Assembly (NCBI GenBank): GCA_024636705.1
Contig: JAGXGN010000061.1
Span: 2,264-66,263, forward strand
From: Halomonas sp.
Lineage (GTDB): Bacteria > Pseudomonadota > Gammaproteobacteria > Pseudomonadales > Halomonadaceae
Length of the DNA stretch: 64,000 nucleotides
Direction: 5' to 3'
Part shown: positions 42,033 through 52,229 of the stretch, in pieces
How positions within the stretch are numbered: position 1 is the stretch's first letter
Layout of the letters: each line of letters begins with the position of its first letter
The notes under the pieces: model-generated
The model's database searches: none
What the model was told of the DNA's origin: nothing
Seen by the model: only the letters and a program-made list of their open reading frames with translations
Position numbers and translations under genes: made by a program

Positions 42033-42956
42033 CTAACGCACGCCGTAATTATTGCCTTGGCCGAATCGCCAGATGCGGGTGATGGAAAGGCTGTCGAGCT
42101 GGCCCATGCCCGAGTCGAAGGGACGATAGGGCGCCGCACCGCGCACGGTTTCCAGTGCCGCCTGGTCGAGTTCGGCGTGTCCCGACGATTGTACCACCTC
42201 CACCTGGCGAAGCTCGCCGTCTCGACCGATCACTACCCGGATCCGCAACTGGCCTTGAAGGTCAGGGGGAGCCGGGTGAACCCGGTTGCCATAGTCCTCG
42301 ACCCGGCGGGTCCAGTCATCGATGTAACGGGCCTCGGCGGCACGCTGGGCCGCCTGCTGGCTGGCATCGCCCTGGGGACCCAGGGTTCCTGGCGTCAGCC
42401 CCTGCTCGCGGATGCTGGTGGTGGCCTGGGCCAGCAAGTCCCGTCCCGAGGCCGAAGGGGCCGCTGCCGCCGGTTCCGCCGGTGTCTGTGCCGCCTGGGG
42501 GGCGCTGGTACGTGGCTCGGGCTGGGTATCGATATCGCTGGGAACGTCTGCGGCGGGCGGAGCGGTCTCGTCGGGCACGGCGTCGGGTTCGCGTCGTGCC
42601 GCCGTCTCGGGCTCGGCCGATGTGGCTGGATCCACCGCACTCTCGGTCTCCTGGAGGACGGGCAGGTCGTCCATGGGAGCGGCCAGGGCCTCGGCCGGGG
42701 CCTCTTCCTGCTGCTCGCCCATGGCCTGCTGGTCTGCCTCGGCGATCGCCTGGGCGTCAACAGACGCCTCGGCCGGGCGACTGACCAGGACCACGCCGAG
42801 GCTGGTACGCTCGACAGGGGAGGAGGCGAACTGCCAGCTGCCCACCACGCCGATCACCGCCAGGTGCAGGAGCAGGGCCAGTGACCAGGCCAGCCAACGA
42901 CGGTAGGGACGGGTGACCGGCGCATACTGGATGGGATCGTGGAAGGTGCTGGACAT
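42033..42956 (-). CDS. Energy transducer TonB family protein
   Basis: N-terminal TM with LHL, Pro/Ala/Glu linker, TonB_C (SSGHAELDQAA); gshB-tonB-algH synteny. Confidence 0.85.
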   Translation of the reverse strand: MSSTFHDPIQYAPVTRPYRRWLAWSLALLLHLAVIGVVGSWQFASSPVERTSLGVVLVSRPAEASVDAQAIAEADQQAMGEQQEEAPAEALAAPMDDLPVLQETESAVDPATSAEPETAARREPDAVPDETAPPAADVPSDIDTQPEPRTSAPQAAQTPAEPAAAAPSASGRDLLAQATTSIREQGLTPGTLGPQGDASQQAAQRAAEARYIDDWTRRVEDYGNRVHPAPPDLQGQLRIRVVIGRDGELRQVEVVQSSGHAELDQAALETVRGAAPYRPFDSGMGQLDSLSITRIWRFGQGNNYGVR

Positions 42957-43008
42957 GGCGGACCCCGGCCGGTCAGGCAGCGCGTGCATCGATACGGTGG
43001 CGGATCGC

Positions 43009-43941
43009 CTACATCAACAGGCCGCCGATGTCGGTGCCGCGCTGGTCATCGATCTCACGCACGCAGGTCGGGCTAGTGACATTGATCTCGGTGATAAAGT
43101 CACCGATGACATCCAGCCCCACGAACATCAAGCCCTTGTCACGGATCATGGGCTGCACCTGGCCGATCAACCAGCGATCCCGGTCGGTGAGTTCGCGGCT
43201 GACCCCGGTACCGCCGGCGGCCAGGTTGCCACGGGTCTCGCCGGCCATGGGCACCCGGGCGAGGCCGAAGGGCACCGGCTCCCCCTCCACCAGCAGGATA
43301 CGGGTATCGCCGGCGCTGATCTCGGGAATGTACCGCTGGGTCATGATCTGGCGGGCGCCGCGCTCGGTGAGCATCTCGATGATCGCGCCCAGGTTGCGAC
43401 CATCGGGCTGCACATGAAAGATGCCAGTGCCCCCCATGCCGTCGAGCGGCTTGAAGATGACGTCGCCATGCTCGGCGTGGAAGGCGCGCAGCACCGGCTC
43501 GCTGCAGGAGACCACCGTCGGCGTACAACACTGCGGGAACTGCTGGGCGAAGAGCTTCTCGTTGCACTCGAGCAGCGCCTGTGTGGGGTTGACCACCAGC
43601 ACACCCTCGCGCTCGGCGAAGCCCAGCAGGTAGACGGCATTGAGGAAGTGGGCATCCACCGGCGGGTCCTTGCGCATGAGGATCACGTCCAGCTCCGCCA
43701 GGGGGCGGGCGGTGGGGTCGCCCAGGTCGAACCAGTGGGTCGAGTCGCGATGCACCTCAAGCTCGCGCATCCGGCCGAAGGCCCTGCCATCGCGCAGGAA
43801 GAGGTCTCCCTGCTCCAGGTAATGCAGTGCCCACCCGCGATCCCGGGCGGCCCAGAGCATGGCCATGGAGGTGTCCTTCTTGTAGGCGATGTCGGCGATG
43901 GAATCCATCACCACACCGACCTTCAGCATGCGTTCGCTCAT
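43009..43941 (-). CDS. gshB: Glutathione synthetase (C-terminus apparently shortened by premature TAG)
   Basis: KKDTS, MRKDPP, KPLDGMGG, RGNLAAGG, EINVTSPT. Confidence 0.95.
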   Translation of the reverse strand: MSERMLKVGVVMDSIADIAYKKDTSMAMLWAARDRGWALHYLEQGDLFLRDGRAFGRMRELEVHRDSTHWFDLGDPTARPLAELDVILMRKDPPVDAHFLNAVYLLGFAEREGVLVVNPTQALLECNEKLFAQQFPQCCTPTVVSCSEPVLRAFHAEHGDVIFKPLDGMGGTGIFHVQPDGRNLGAIIEMLTERGARQIMTQRYIPEISAGDTRILLVEGEPVPFGLARVPMAGETRGNLAAGGTGVSRELTDRDRWLIGQVQPMIRDKGLMFVGLDVIGDFITEINVTSPTCVREIDDQRGTDIGGLLM

Positions 43942-44051
43942 CGATTCGTGTTCCGGCCGGGACATGGGGGAAAGAACCGCAGTATGCCGCAGGGGCCGCG
44001 ACAACACCAAGGCACCGGACCAGAACCCATCCCGGGGTCAGCGCCTCGAGC

Positions 44052-44762
44052 TCAGGTCGCCAGACGGATGCCGGTCGGTTCCAGGGTGATGTGTCCCTGC
44101 TTGTAGAGTCGGCCGATGGCCTGCTTGAAGGCGCTCTTGCTGATCCTCAGCCGCGCCTTGATCTCGGCGGGCGAACTCTTGTCCGACAACGGCAGGTAAC
44201 CGCCGCTCTCGCGCAGCGTCCTGAGGATCTCCTCGCCGACGACATCCAGGCGTGCAGGCCCCGGCGGCAGGAGGGCAATATCCAGGCGCCGGTCGTCGCG
44301 CAGACGCTTCACATGGCCGCCGAGGCGCTGACCACGGCGCAGCGGCCGGGTCACGTCATCCTGATAGAGCAGCCCCCAGAAACGATGATTCACCACCACC
44401 TTGAAGCCAAGATCCGTGGGGTCGGCGACCACTAGGGCGACCTCCTCCCCCGCCGAGAGGCCCACGGCTTCATCTTCCAGGAAGCGGTCGAGTCGCTGTG
44501 AGGCCACCGGCCGACCCTGCTGGTCCTCGTAGACCTTCACCAGCACCCGCTTGCCGACACTGGGGCGAAAATGCTGTTCCCCGTAGGGCAGCAGCAGATC
44601 CCTGGGGTGGCCCCAGTCGAGGAAGGCGCCGGTGTCGTTGACGGTCACGACCTCGAGGTAGGCCACCTCGCCCACCTCGACCCTCAGGGCAGGAAAATTC
44701 CGTGTAACGGAAGCACGAGGCGCAGCGGGGCGCGGGGTACGGCGGTCGGGCGAGTCAGACAT
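44052..44762 (-). CDS. CvfB/YitL family S1 plus winged-helix RNA-binding protein
   Basis: GAFLDWG..DLLLP, TDLGFKV, DKSSP, SKSAFKQAIGRLYK. Confidence 0.87.
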   Translation of the reverse strand: MSDSPDRRTPRPAAPRASVTRNFPALRVEVGEVAYLEVVTVNDTGAFLDWGHPRDLLLPYGEQHFRPSVGKRVLVKVYEDQQGRPVASQRLDRFLEDEAVGLSAGEEVALVVADPTDLGFKVVVNHRFWGLLYQDDVTRPLRRGQRLGGHVKRLRDDRRLDIALLPPGPARLDVVGEEILRTLRESGGYLPLSDKSSPAEIKARLRISKSAFKQAIGRLYKQGHITLEPTGIRLAT

Positions 44763-44842
44763 GGGAGCTCCCAGCACAGGCAAGGGAATGGTGAGATCGA
44801 TGATGACAGTATGCGGGGGCACCGCCGGCAGGTGAAGCCGGC

Positions 44843-45568
44843 TCAGAGATCCCCGAAACGGTACTGCAACAACGACAGCGCCACCACCGGGGCCGTCTCG
44901 GTGCGCAGGATGCGCGGGCCCAGGCTCAGCGCGACGAAACCCGATGCCCGGGCCGCCTCGACTTCGGCATCGGACAGGCCACCCTCGGGGCCGATCAGCA
45001 GGGCCACCGATGGGGGAAGCTCGAAACCTTCCAGGCTACCGGGCGTGGCGGGATGCAATACCAGCCGCAGGGGCTCATGGCGCTCGGTCAACCAGTCGGA
45101 AAGCCGACGCGCAGGATGGACGGGCGGCAGGGTGGCGCGACCGCACTGCTCGCAGGCGCTCGCGGCCACCGCCTGCCAGTGGGCGAGCTTCTTCGCCTCG
45201 CGCTCGCCCTTGAGGCGCACGTCACCCTGCTCGGTGTAGAGCGGAGTGATCGCCGCCACGCCCAGTTCCACGGCCTTCTGGATGGCGTAGTCCATGCGAT
45301 CTCCCTTGGAGATCGCCTGGCCCAGATGCACGGCCAGGGGAGACTCGCCCCGGCCCGCCTCGACGGCCTCGATGCGTGCCACCACCCGCTTGCGCCCGAT
45401 GGCGACCAATACCGCGGCCGCCTCATGCCCGTCGCCATCGAACAGGCGGAGGCGGTCTCCCTCGCCGAGGCGCAGGACACGCGAAAGGTGATGAGCGGGA
45501 CCCTCCGGCAGAACGAGGTCGCCGCCGACGATGAAGTCGGCGGCGACATGGACCCGCGGCAGTTTCAT
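44843..45568 (-). CDS. rsmE: 16S rRNA m3U1498 methyltransferase
   Basis: HLSRVLR, QKAVELG, ACEQCGR, IGPEGG, LGPRILRTETA. Confidence 0.96.
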   Translation of the reverse strand: MKLPRVHVAADFIVGGDLVLPEGPAHHLSRVLRLGEGDRLRLFDGDGHEAAAVLVAIGRKRVVARIEAVEAGRGESPLAVHLGQAISKGDRMDYAIQKAVELGVAAITPLYTEQGDVRLKGEREAKKLAHWQAVAASACEQCGRATLPPVHPARRLSDWLTERHEPLRLVLHPATPGSLEGFELPPSVALLIGPEGGLSDAEVEAARASGFVALSLGPRILRTETAPVVALSLLQYRFGDL

Positions 45569-45584
45569 GGCCACGACGGCAGCC

Positions 45585-46106
45585 TCACTGGGTCGTCTGG
45601 GCGCCCTGCTGCTCGGCCTGGCGCTTCTTCCTCTGGGCATAGATCGCCTCGAAGTTGACCGGCGCCAGCATCAGGGGCGGGAAGCCACCACGATTGACCA
45701 GGTTGTCGATGCACTCACGGGCATAGGGGAAGAGCACATTGGGGCAGAAGGCGCCCAGGGTATGATCGAGCTGCTCGCCTTCGATGCCGCTGATCTTGAA
45801 CAGGCCGGCCTGCTGGATCTCGGCCAGGGAGGAGGTCGTGCCTTCCTCGCTGTGGTTGACCTGAGCGGTGACCTTGACCACCACCTCGAAGAGGCCTTCC
45901 TGCACCTGCTGGCTGCTGGTGTTCAGATCGAGATTGACCTTGGGCTTGAAGGGTTGCTGGAACACCGCCGGCGAGTTGGGGGCCTCGAAGGAGATGTCCT
46001 TGACATAGATGCGCTGTACGGCGAACTGGAGCTTGGGTTTTTCCTGCTCGCCAGCGGGCTGGTTGCCGGCGCCAGCGCCGGCGTTCTGATTGTTGTCTTC
46101 CGCCAT
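45585..46106 (-). CDS. secB: Protein-export chaperone SecB
   Basis: IYVKDISFEAP, QQAGLF, CPNVLFPYARE, PVNFEA. Confidence 0.96.
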   Translation of the reverse strand: MAEDNNQNAGAGAGNQPAGEQEKPKLQFAVQRIYVKDISFEAPNSPAVFQQPFKPKVNLDLNTSSQQVQEGLFEVVVKVTAQVNHSEEGTTSSLAEIQQAGLFKISGIEGEQLDHTLGAFCPNVLFPYARECIDNLVNRGGFPPLMLAPVNFEAIYAQRKKRQAEQQGAQTTQ

Positions 46107-46151
46107 GGGAAAGATCCTTTGAAACGATGAACGAAATGGGAATTGGCGTGG

Positions 46152-46574
46152 TTACTTCTTGACCACGGGCATGCCATCGGTCTGCCACTGGGTGATGCCA
46201 CCCTTGAGTTTGACCACCCGCTCGAAACCGCCCTTGGTCAGCTTGCCCATGGCCGCACCGGAGCTCTGGCCATGCTTGCAGACCACGATGATCGGCTTGT
46301 CCTTGACCTTGTTGAGCTCGGTCATGCGGACATCGAGCTTGCTCTGAGGGATGTTGCGCGCCCCCGCGATATGCCCGGCCTTGAAATCATTGGCCTCGCG
46401 AATGTCGACCACCACGGCATCCTCGCGATTGATCAGTTGGGTCGCTTCGCTGGCGTTCACACCGCTGGCCCCGCTGTTGCGAAGCTCGTAGAAGATCCAG
46501 GCGAACAACACCATCAGGAAGGCGGCCACCAGCAAGGGGTGATTCTGCACGAATTCAAACAGCTGATCGATCAT
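46152..46574 (-). CDS. Rhodanese-like membrane protein (YibN-like)
   Basis: N-terminal TM, VVDIRE, GHIAGA, LKGGITQW. Confidence 0.9.
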   Translation of the reverse strand: MIDQLFEFVQNHPLLVAAFLMVLFAWIFYELRNSGASGVNASEATQLINREDAVVVDIREANDFKAGHIAGARNIPQSKLDVRMTELNKVKDKPIIVVCKHGQSSGAAMGKLTKGGFERVVKLKGGITQWQTDGMPVVKK

Positions 46575-46804
46575 GGGTCTGGAACACTTATGTCGCGGTG
46601 CAGGATTTCTCGGTGCACGATGGATGAAGGACGACGCTCATCAGGCCACCACGCCGTTGAGCGGCGCCCAGTATACACCAAGACGGCGGCGGAACAGACC
46701 GGCCACCATGACGCTCGCCACCACCCTGCGTTATGATGCCGCAACATGCGACGAGTCGCGACCCTGAAGAGCCTCGGGTCGCCAACGAACGAGGAAGCCC
46801 ACCC

Positions 46805-48373
46805 ATGAGCGATGTTTCGACGCCCCGTCCCGTGGCCCTGATCATCCTGGATGGCTATGGCCACAACCCGGATGCCGCCCACAATGCCGTCGAGGCGGCC
46901 CGCACACCGGTGATGGATCGCCTCAAGCAGGAACACCCCAGCACCCTGATCCACACCGACGGTCGCCATGTGGGCCTGCCGGACGGGCAGATGGGCAACT
47001 CGGAGGTCGGACACATGAACCTCGGGGCCGGTCGTATCGTCTACCAGGACTTCACCCGGATCACCAAGGCCATCGAGGACGGCGACCTGGACGCCATCAC
47101 CGAGCTCACCACCCCCATCGACGCCGCCGTGGCCCAGGGCAAGGCGGTGCATCTGCTCGGCTTGCTCTCGCCGGGCGGCGTTCACAGCCACGAAGGCCAC
47201 TTCATGGCCATGGCCGAGCTGGCGGCCCGTCGCGGCGCGACACGTCTCTACCTGCATGCCTTCCTCGACGGCCGCGACATGCCGCCGCGCAGTGCCAAGG
47301 CCTCCATCGAGCGTGCCAATGCTTGTCTGGCAGGGCTGTTCGGCGCCGAGAACGGCTTCGTGGCCTCGATCATCGGCCGCTACTTCGCCATGGACCGCGA
47401 CAATCGCTGGGACCGCGTCGAGAAGGCCTATCACCTGGTCACCGAGGGCGAAGGCGAGTTCGAGGTCGCCAGCGCCGAGGACGGGCTGCGCGACGCCTAC
47501 GAACGCGGCGAGAACGACGAGTTCGTCAGCGCCACCAGCATTCGCCCCGCTGGCACTGCGGTTCGCATGGAGGATGGCGATGCCGCCATCTTCATGAACT
47601 TCCGTGCGGACCGCGCCCGAGAGCTGACCCGCGCCTTCACCGAGGACGGTTTCAGCGGCTTCACGCGCCGAGCGAGACCGCGACTCGCCGCCGACGGCCT
47701 GGTGATGCTGACCCGGTATGCCGCCGACATCCCCGCCACGGCCGCCTTCCCCCCAGCGAAGCTGCACAACACCCTGGGCGAGGTGATGGAGACCCGAGGC
47801 CTGACCCAGCTGCGCATCGCCGAGACGGAGAAATATGCCCATGTCACCTTCTTCTTCTCCGGCGGCCGTGAGGCCGAGTACCAGGGCGAGACCCGTATCC
47901 TGGTGCCCTCGCCCCAGGAGGTGAAGACCTACGACGAGAAGCCAGAGATGAGCGCCGAGGAAGTCACCGACCGACTGGTGGAGGCCATCGATTCCGGCCG
48001 GTTCGACCTGGTCGTCTGCAACTACGCCAACGGCGACATGGTCGGCCATAGCGGCGACTTCGATGCCGCCGTCAAGGCCATCGAGACCGTCGACCACAGC
48101 CTAGGCCGGGTAATCGAGGCCATCGAACGTGCCAGGGGCGCCTGCCTGGTCACCGCCGATCACGGCAACGCCGAGCAGATGGTCAATCCGCAGACCGGTG
48201 AGCCGCAGACGGCCCACACCACCTTCAGCGTGCCACTGGTCTATGTCGGTGAGCGTCAGGCCAGGCTAGTCGATGATGGCCGCCTCTGTGACATCGCCCC
48301 GACGCTGCTGACCATGATGAATCAGCCGATTCCCGAGGAGATGAGTGGCCGGGCGCTGATCGATTTCACCTGA
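46805..48373 (+). CDS. gpmI: 2,3-bisphosphoglycerate-independent phosphoglycerate mutase
   Basis: [40 protein letters not shown]. Confidence 0.97.
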   Translation: MSDVSTPRPVALIILDGYGHNPDAAHNAVEAARTPVMDRLKQEHPSTLIHTDGRHVGLPDGQMGNSEVGHMNLGAGRIVYQDFTRITKAIEDGDLDAITELTTPIDAAVAQGKAVHLLGLLSPGGVHSHEGHFMAMAELAARRGATRLYLHAFLDGRDMPPRSAKASIERANACLAGLFGAENGFVASIIGRYFAMDRDNRWDRVEKAYHLVTEGEGEFEVASAEDGLRDAYERGENDEFVSATSIRPAGTAVRMEDGDAAIFMNFRADRARELTRAFTEDGFSGFTRRARPRLAADGLVMLTRYAADIPATAAFPPAKLHNTLGEVMETRGLTQLRIAETEKYAHVTFFFSGGREAEYQGETRILVPSPQEVKTYDEKPEMSAEEVTDRLVEAIDSGRFDLVVCNYANGDMVGHSGDFDAAVKAIETVDHSLGRVIEAIERARGACLVTADHGNAEQMVNPQTGEPQTAHTTFSVPLVYVGERQARLVDDGRLCDIAPTLLTMMNQPIPEEMSGRALIDFT

Positions 48374-48423
48374 GCACGTTGCCGAGCCTGAGCACATTGC
48401 CGAGCCTGAGCATGTCGCCAAGA
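48370..48423. repeat. 18-bp tandem repeat, about 3 copies
   Basis: CTGAGCACGTTGCCGAGC / CTGAGCACATTGCCGAGC / CTGAGCATGTCGCCAAGA. Confidence 0.85.
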
Positions 48424-48435
48424 GAGGGGCGGGGA

Positions 48436-49581
48436 ATGGCAAGAAGCCCCATCGCACTAGCCATCCTGCTGGCCCTCTCGCTCTCCCCGCCGCTGCAGGC
48501 CCAGCTCGGGGAAAGTGAAGAGGCCGCCCGGGAACGGCTCGATGCCATCGGCGAGGACATCCAGGCGTTGTCCAGCCGCCTCTCCACCACTCGCGAGGCC
48601 CGTGACGAGGCAGACACGGCGCTGCGGGAAGTGGAAACTTCGCTTGCCGAGACCCACCGTCGCCTCGACACCCTCCAGGCCGAGCGGCGGGCGCTCGGTG
48701 ACGAGGTCGCCACCCTCGAAGCCGCCGGCGAACGCCTCGAGACGGAACGCGATGACCAGCTCGATGCCCTCGGCGCCCAGCTCGACGCCCTCTATCGCCT
48801 GGGCCTCACGCCCCAACTGAAGCTGCTGCTCAATCAGGACGACCCCGCCCGCCTCGACCGGCTCCAGCAGTATCTCAACCACCTGGCCCGGGCCCGCAAC
48901 GCCCGGCTGGACGAGATCGCCCGACTCGACCGTGCCCTGGCCGACAACCGCCGGGAACTCGAGGCACGCGGCGACCGCCTGGACGCCCTGGCCAACGAGC
49001 TGGCCGCTCGAAGTACCGAGCTCTCCCGGCAGATGGCCGAGCGGGCCGCCATCGTCGGCGAGCTCGACAGTCGCTATGCTAGCGAGCAGGCCAGGATGGG
49101 GGCCCTAGCCCAGGACCGCGCCAACGCCGAGGCGCTACTGAGTCGAATCCAGGAAGAAGTCGCCCGGCTGCAGCGTCCGCCCCCTTCCACGGCCATCGAA
49201 CGGACCCAGGGCGAGCTGCCCTGGCCGGTGCAGGGTGCCATCGTCTCGGGTTATGGGCGAGGTGATGGGGTCCACCGCAATGGCATCCTCATCGATGCCG
49301 CCGAGGGCAGTCCCGTCCAGGCGGTCCATGCCGGGCGAGTGGTCTTCGCCGACTGGATGCGTGGCTTCGGCAACCTGCTGATCGTCGACCACGGGGACCA
49401 GGTCATGACCCTGTATGCCCACTTACAGCAATTCGAGGCCCGGGTGGGGCAGGCCGTGTCCCGCGGGGACCCCCTGGGAGCGGTGGGGGCGAGCGGTGGG
49501 CAGCCGCGCGCGGCCCTCTACTTCGAGGTGCGCCGCGGGGGAGATCCCATCGATCCTCAGTCCTGGATGGCCGCGCGATGA
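48436..49581 (+). CDS. envC: Murein hydrolase activator EnvC
   Basis: Signal peptide, long coiled coil, M23-like domain (LPWPV, GFGNLLIVDHG, LYFEVR). Confidence 0.9.
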   Translation: MARSPIALAILLALSLSPPLQAQLGESEEAARERLDAIGEDIQALSSRLSTTREARDEADTALREVETSLAETHRRLDTLQAERRALGDEVATLEAAGERLETERDDQLDALGAQLDALYRLGLTPQLKLLLNQDDPARLDRLQQYLNHLARARNARLDEIARLDRALADNRRELEARGDRLDALANELAARSTELSRQMAERAAIVGELDSRYASEQARMGALAQDRANAEALLSRIQEEVARLQRPPPSTAIERTQGELPWPVQGAIVSGYGRGDGVHRNGILIDAAEGSPVQAVHAGRVVFADWMRGFGNLLIVDHGDQVMTLYAHLQQFEARVGQAVSRGDPLGAVGASGGQPRAALYFEVRRGGDPIDPQSWMAAR

Positions 49582-49649
49582 GCGCCCCCTTCCCCGGGGC
49601 CGTGCCACGGGCTATGCTGGCTTCCCCGTCCCGGAACAGCGGAGATCGC

Positions 49650-50939
49650 ATGCTTCCAAGTCCCATCGACCCTGCGATGATGCCACGGCGGCTGATCGCG
49701 ACCCTCTCGACTCTCGTCCTGCTGGCCTTGCCGCTGTCCTCGGTGGCCAGCAACGGGGATAACGACCTGCCGGTGGAAGACATCCAGATCTTCGCCGAGG
49801 TCTTCGAGCGCATCAAGCGCGCCTACGTCGAGGAAGTCGAGGACGGCACCCTGCTGCGCAACGCCATGCGTGGCATGCTCAGAGAGCTCGACCCCCATTC
49901 GGCCTACCTCGACCAGGAGGAATTCCAGAGCCTGCGCGAATCCACCGAGGGCGAGTTCGGCGGAGTGGGCATCGAAGTCGGCCTGCAGGACGGGCAAATC
50001 ACGGTGATCACCCCCATCGATGACACCCCGGCCTCCCGCGCCGGCCTGCAGGCCAGGGACGTGATCCTGCGCATCGACGACACCCCCACCGAGCGGCTTT
50101 CACTCCAGGATGCGGTCAACTTGATGCGCGGTGAGCCGGGGTCGGACATCCGGCTCACCATCATGCGCCAGGGAGAGGAAACCCCACGTTCCTTCACCCT
50201 GACCCGGGAGGTCATCCGTACCCGGAGCGTGCGAAGTGAGCTGCTCGAACCCGGCTACGGCTACCTCAGGATCAGCCAGTTCCAGAGCCGCACTGGCGAC
50301 CAGGTCCGCAGTGCCATTACCAACCTGGAGCGTGATGGGGCCCTCAACGGCCTGGTGCTAGACCTGCGCAACAACCCCGGCGGGGTGCTGCAGGCCGCCG
50401 TGGCCGTGGCCGACGCCTTCCTCGACGAGGGACTCATCGTCTACACCGAGGGGCGTCTGCCGGATTCCGCGATGCGCTTCTCGGCCAGTCGGGAAACTGC
50501 CGCGCCCGAGACTCCGCTGGTGGTGCTTATCAACGGCGGTAGCGCCTCGGCAGCGGAGATCGTCGCCGGGGCCCTGCAGGACCAGCGCCGCGGCGTGGTG
50601 ATGGGTACCGAGAGCTTCGGCAAGGGCTCCGTGCAGCAGATTATGCCGCTGGGCAATGGCGAGGGCCTCAAGCTGACCACCGCGCTCTACTTCACCCCGG
50701 GAGGGCGGTCGATCCAGGCCCAGGGCATCGAGCCCGATGTCCAGGTGGTGAGGGGGCGCCTGGAGGTCGCCGAGTCCAGCCGGCAGGTGCGCGAGGCCGA
50801 CCTCGAGGGCCATCTGCTCTCCTCCGAGGATCCTCGGGAAGACAGCGAGACCAGCGAGCGACTGCGTGAGGACTACCAGCTCGGAGAGGCGCTCAATCTG
50901 CTCAAGGCATTGAATGTATTGAGCCGACGGGACGGCTGA
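49650..50939 (+). CDS. ctpA: S41 carboxyl-terminal processing protease
   Basis: LDPHS, PDZ FGGVGI, DLRNNPGG, SASAAEI, GKGSVQ. Confidence 0.93.
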   Translation: MLPSPIDPAMMPRRLIATLSTLVLLALPLSSVASNGDNDLPVEDIQIFAEVFERIKRAYVEEVEDGTLLRNAMRGMLRELDPHSAYLDQEEFQSLRESTEGEFGGVGIEVGLQDGQITVITPIDDTPASRAGLQARDVILRIDDTPTERLSLQDAVNLMRGEPGSDIRLTIMRQGEETPRSFTLTREVIRTRSVRSELLEPGYGYLRISQFQSRTGDQVRSAITNLERDGALNGLVLDLRNNPGGVLQAAVAVADAFLDEGLIVYTEGRLPDSAMRFSASRETAAPETPLVVLINGGSASAAEIVAGALQDQRRGVVMGTESFGKGSVQQIMPLGNGEGLKLTTALYFTPGGRSIQAQGIEPDVQVVRGRLEVAESSRQVREADLEGHLLSSEDPREDSETSERLREDYQLGEALNLLKALNVLSRRDG

Positions 50940-50959
50940 TCGCCATGGGCCTTGCTCGG

Positions 50960-52171
50960 CTACCGCTCAAGGCCCATGGCACGCCGGGCCAGGGTCCGCC
51001 GCAGTGGCCCTGCCAGGTTGAGTCCCACGAGCCCGGCGGCCCGGGCGCGAGAGAGCAGGACATTGTCGATCCCGAAGAGACGGATCAGGCCGTCGCTGAA
51101 ACGGATCACGTTGCGACGATCCGGCCGACGGCGGGCCTCGAAATCCTCCAGCACAGTCATCTCCCCCGGGCTGTCGCCATGTGCTTGGCCGGCCTCGATG
51201 GCCGCGACCAGATCCATGACACCGCGCAGGGCCAGATTGAAGCCCTGGCCGGCCACTGGATGCAGGGAATGAGCGGCATTGCCCAGCACGGCAAGCCCCG
51301 GGCGGACGAATTCCCGCGCCGTGATCAGCGACAGCGGATAGGCATGGCGGGTACCGACCCGCCTGAAGCGTCCGGCCCGGTCGCCGAAGGCCGCCTGGAG
51401 CTCGGCCAGGAAGTCGCCATCGGAAAGTGCCATCCGTCGGGTCTCCTGTCCGGCGACATGGGTCCAGATCAGCTCCATGGCCTGCCCTTTCAATGGCAGC
51501 AGCGCCATGGGGCCTTGCGAGGTGAAGCGTTCCCAGGCCAGGCCATCATGGGGCAGGCTCGTCGCCACGCTGGCGATCACCGCCACCTGCCCATAGGGGG
51601 ACTCCCGGCTCTCGATACCCAGGCGCTCCTTGAGACCGGAGCGCCCCCCATCGGCCAGCACCGTCAATCCGGCCTCGAGATGGCTGCCATCGGAGAGGCC
51701 CAGTCGATGGCCGCCCGCCATGGGCTCGATGGTCTCGACCCGCGACGGGCAATGCCATTCCAGGGGCAGCTCGGCCAGCCGGCGATGAAGCACACGGCCC
51801 ATCCAGGCATTGGGGATGACATGCCCCAGGGCCTCCACCCCGAGGTCATCGTGGCGCAGGCGTGTCGCGCCGAAACGCCCCTGTTCACTGATGTGGATCT
51901 GCCGGATCGGCGTTGCCTCTTCGGCCATGGCCTCCCAGAGCCCCATGGCCGCGAAGTGCCGTGCCGAGCCTTCGGCGATGGCGCTGGCCCGGGCATCGAA
52001 ACTGGGCTGCCAGGTCGTGGCCGCCTGGTCCAGCAGGGGGGCGGCCTCGATCACCGCCACCGAGAGTCCCTGCTGTTCGATCAAGGGCGCCAGGGCAGCA
52101 CCCAGGCTGGCACCTACCAGACCACCGCCGATGATGGCGATATCCACAGGATGTCCGTCTTTCGCGATCAT
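50960..52171 (-). CDS. ubiH: 2-octaprenyl-6-methoxyphenol hydroxylase
   Basis: GGGLVG, SFDAR, GNAAHSLHPVAGQGFNL; downstream of pepP. Confidence 0.92.
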   Translation of the reverse strand: MIAKDGHPVDIAIIGGGLVGASLGAALAPLIEQQGLSVAVIEAAPLLDQAATTWQPSFDARASAIAEGSARHFAAMGLWEAMAEEATPIRQIHISEQGRFGATRLRHDDLGVEALGHVIPNAWMGRVLHRRLAELPLEWHCPSRVETIEPMAGGHRLGLSDGSHLEAGLTVLADGGRSGLKERLGIESRESPYGQVAVIASVATSLPHDGLAWERFTSQGPMALLPLKGQAMELIWTHVAGQETRRMALSDGDFLAELQAAFGDRAGRFRRVGTRHAYPLSLITAREFVRPGLAVLGNAAHSLHPVAGQGFNLALRGVMDLVAAIEAGQAHGDSPGEMTVLEDFEARRRPDRRNVIRFSDGLIRLFGIDNVLLSRARAAGLVGLNLAGPLRRTLARRAMGLER

Positions 52172-52229
52172 CGACGCCTCCGGCACTCTGGTGCATGGGA
52201 TAACGGCATGAAGCCGTCACTTTTACGGA

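Noticed and set aside
46571-48097. 508-aa minus-strand ORF (similar cases opposite serA, glcB, ilvA, ubiH)
   Set aside because: Mirror ORFs of well-supported genes; expected in high-GC DNA.
48370-48423. Possible CRISPR array
   Set aside because: Contiguous 18-bp units without spacers and no cas genes.
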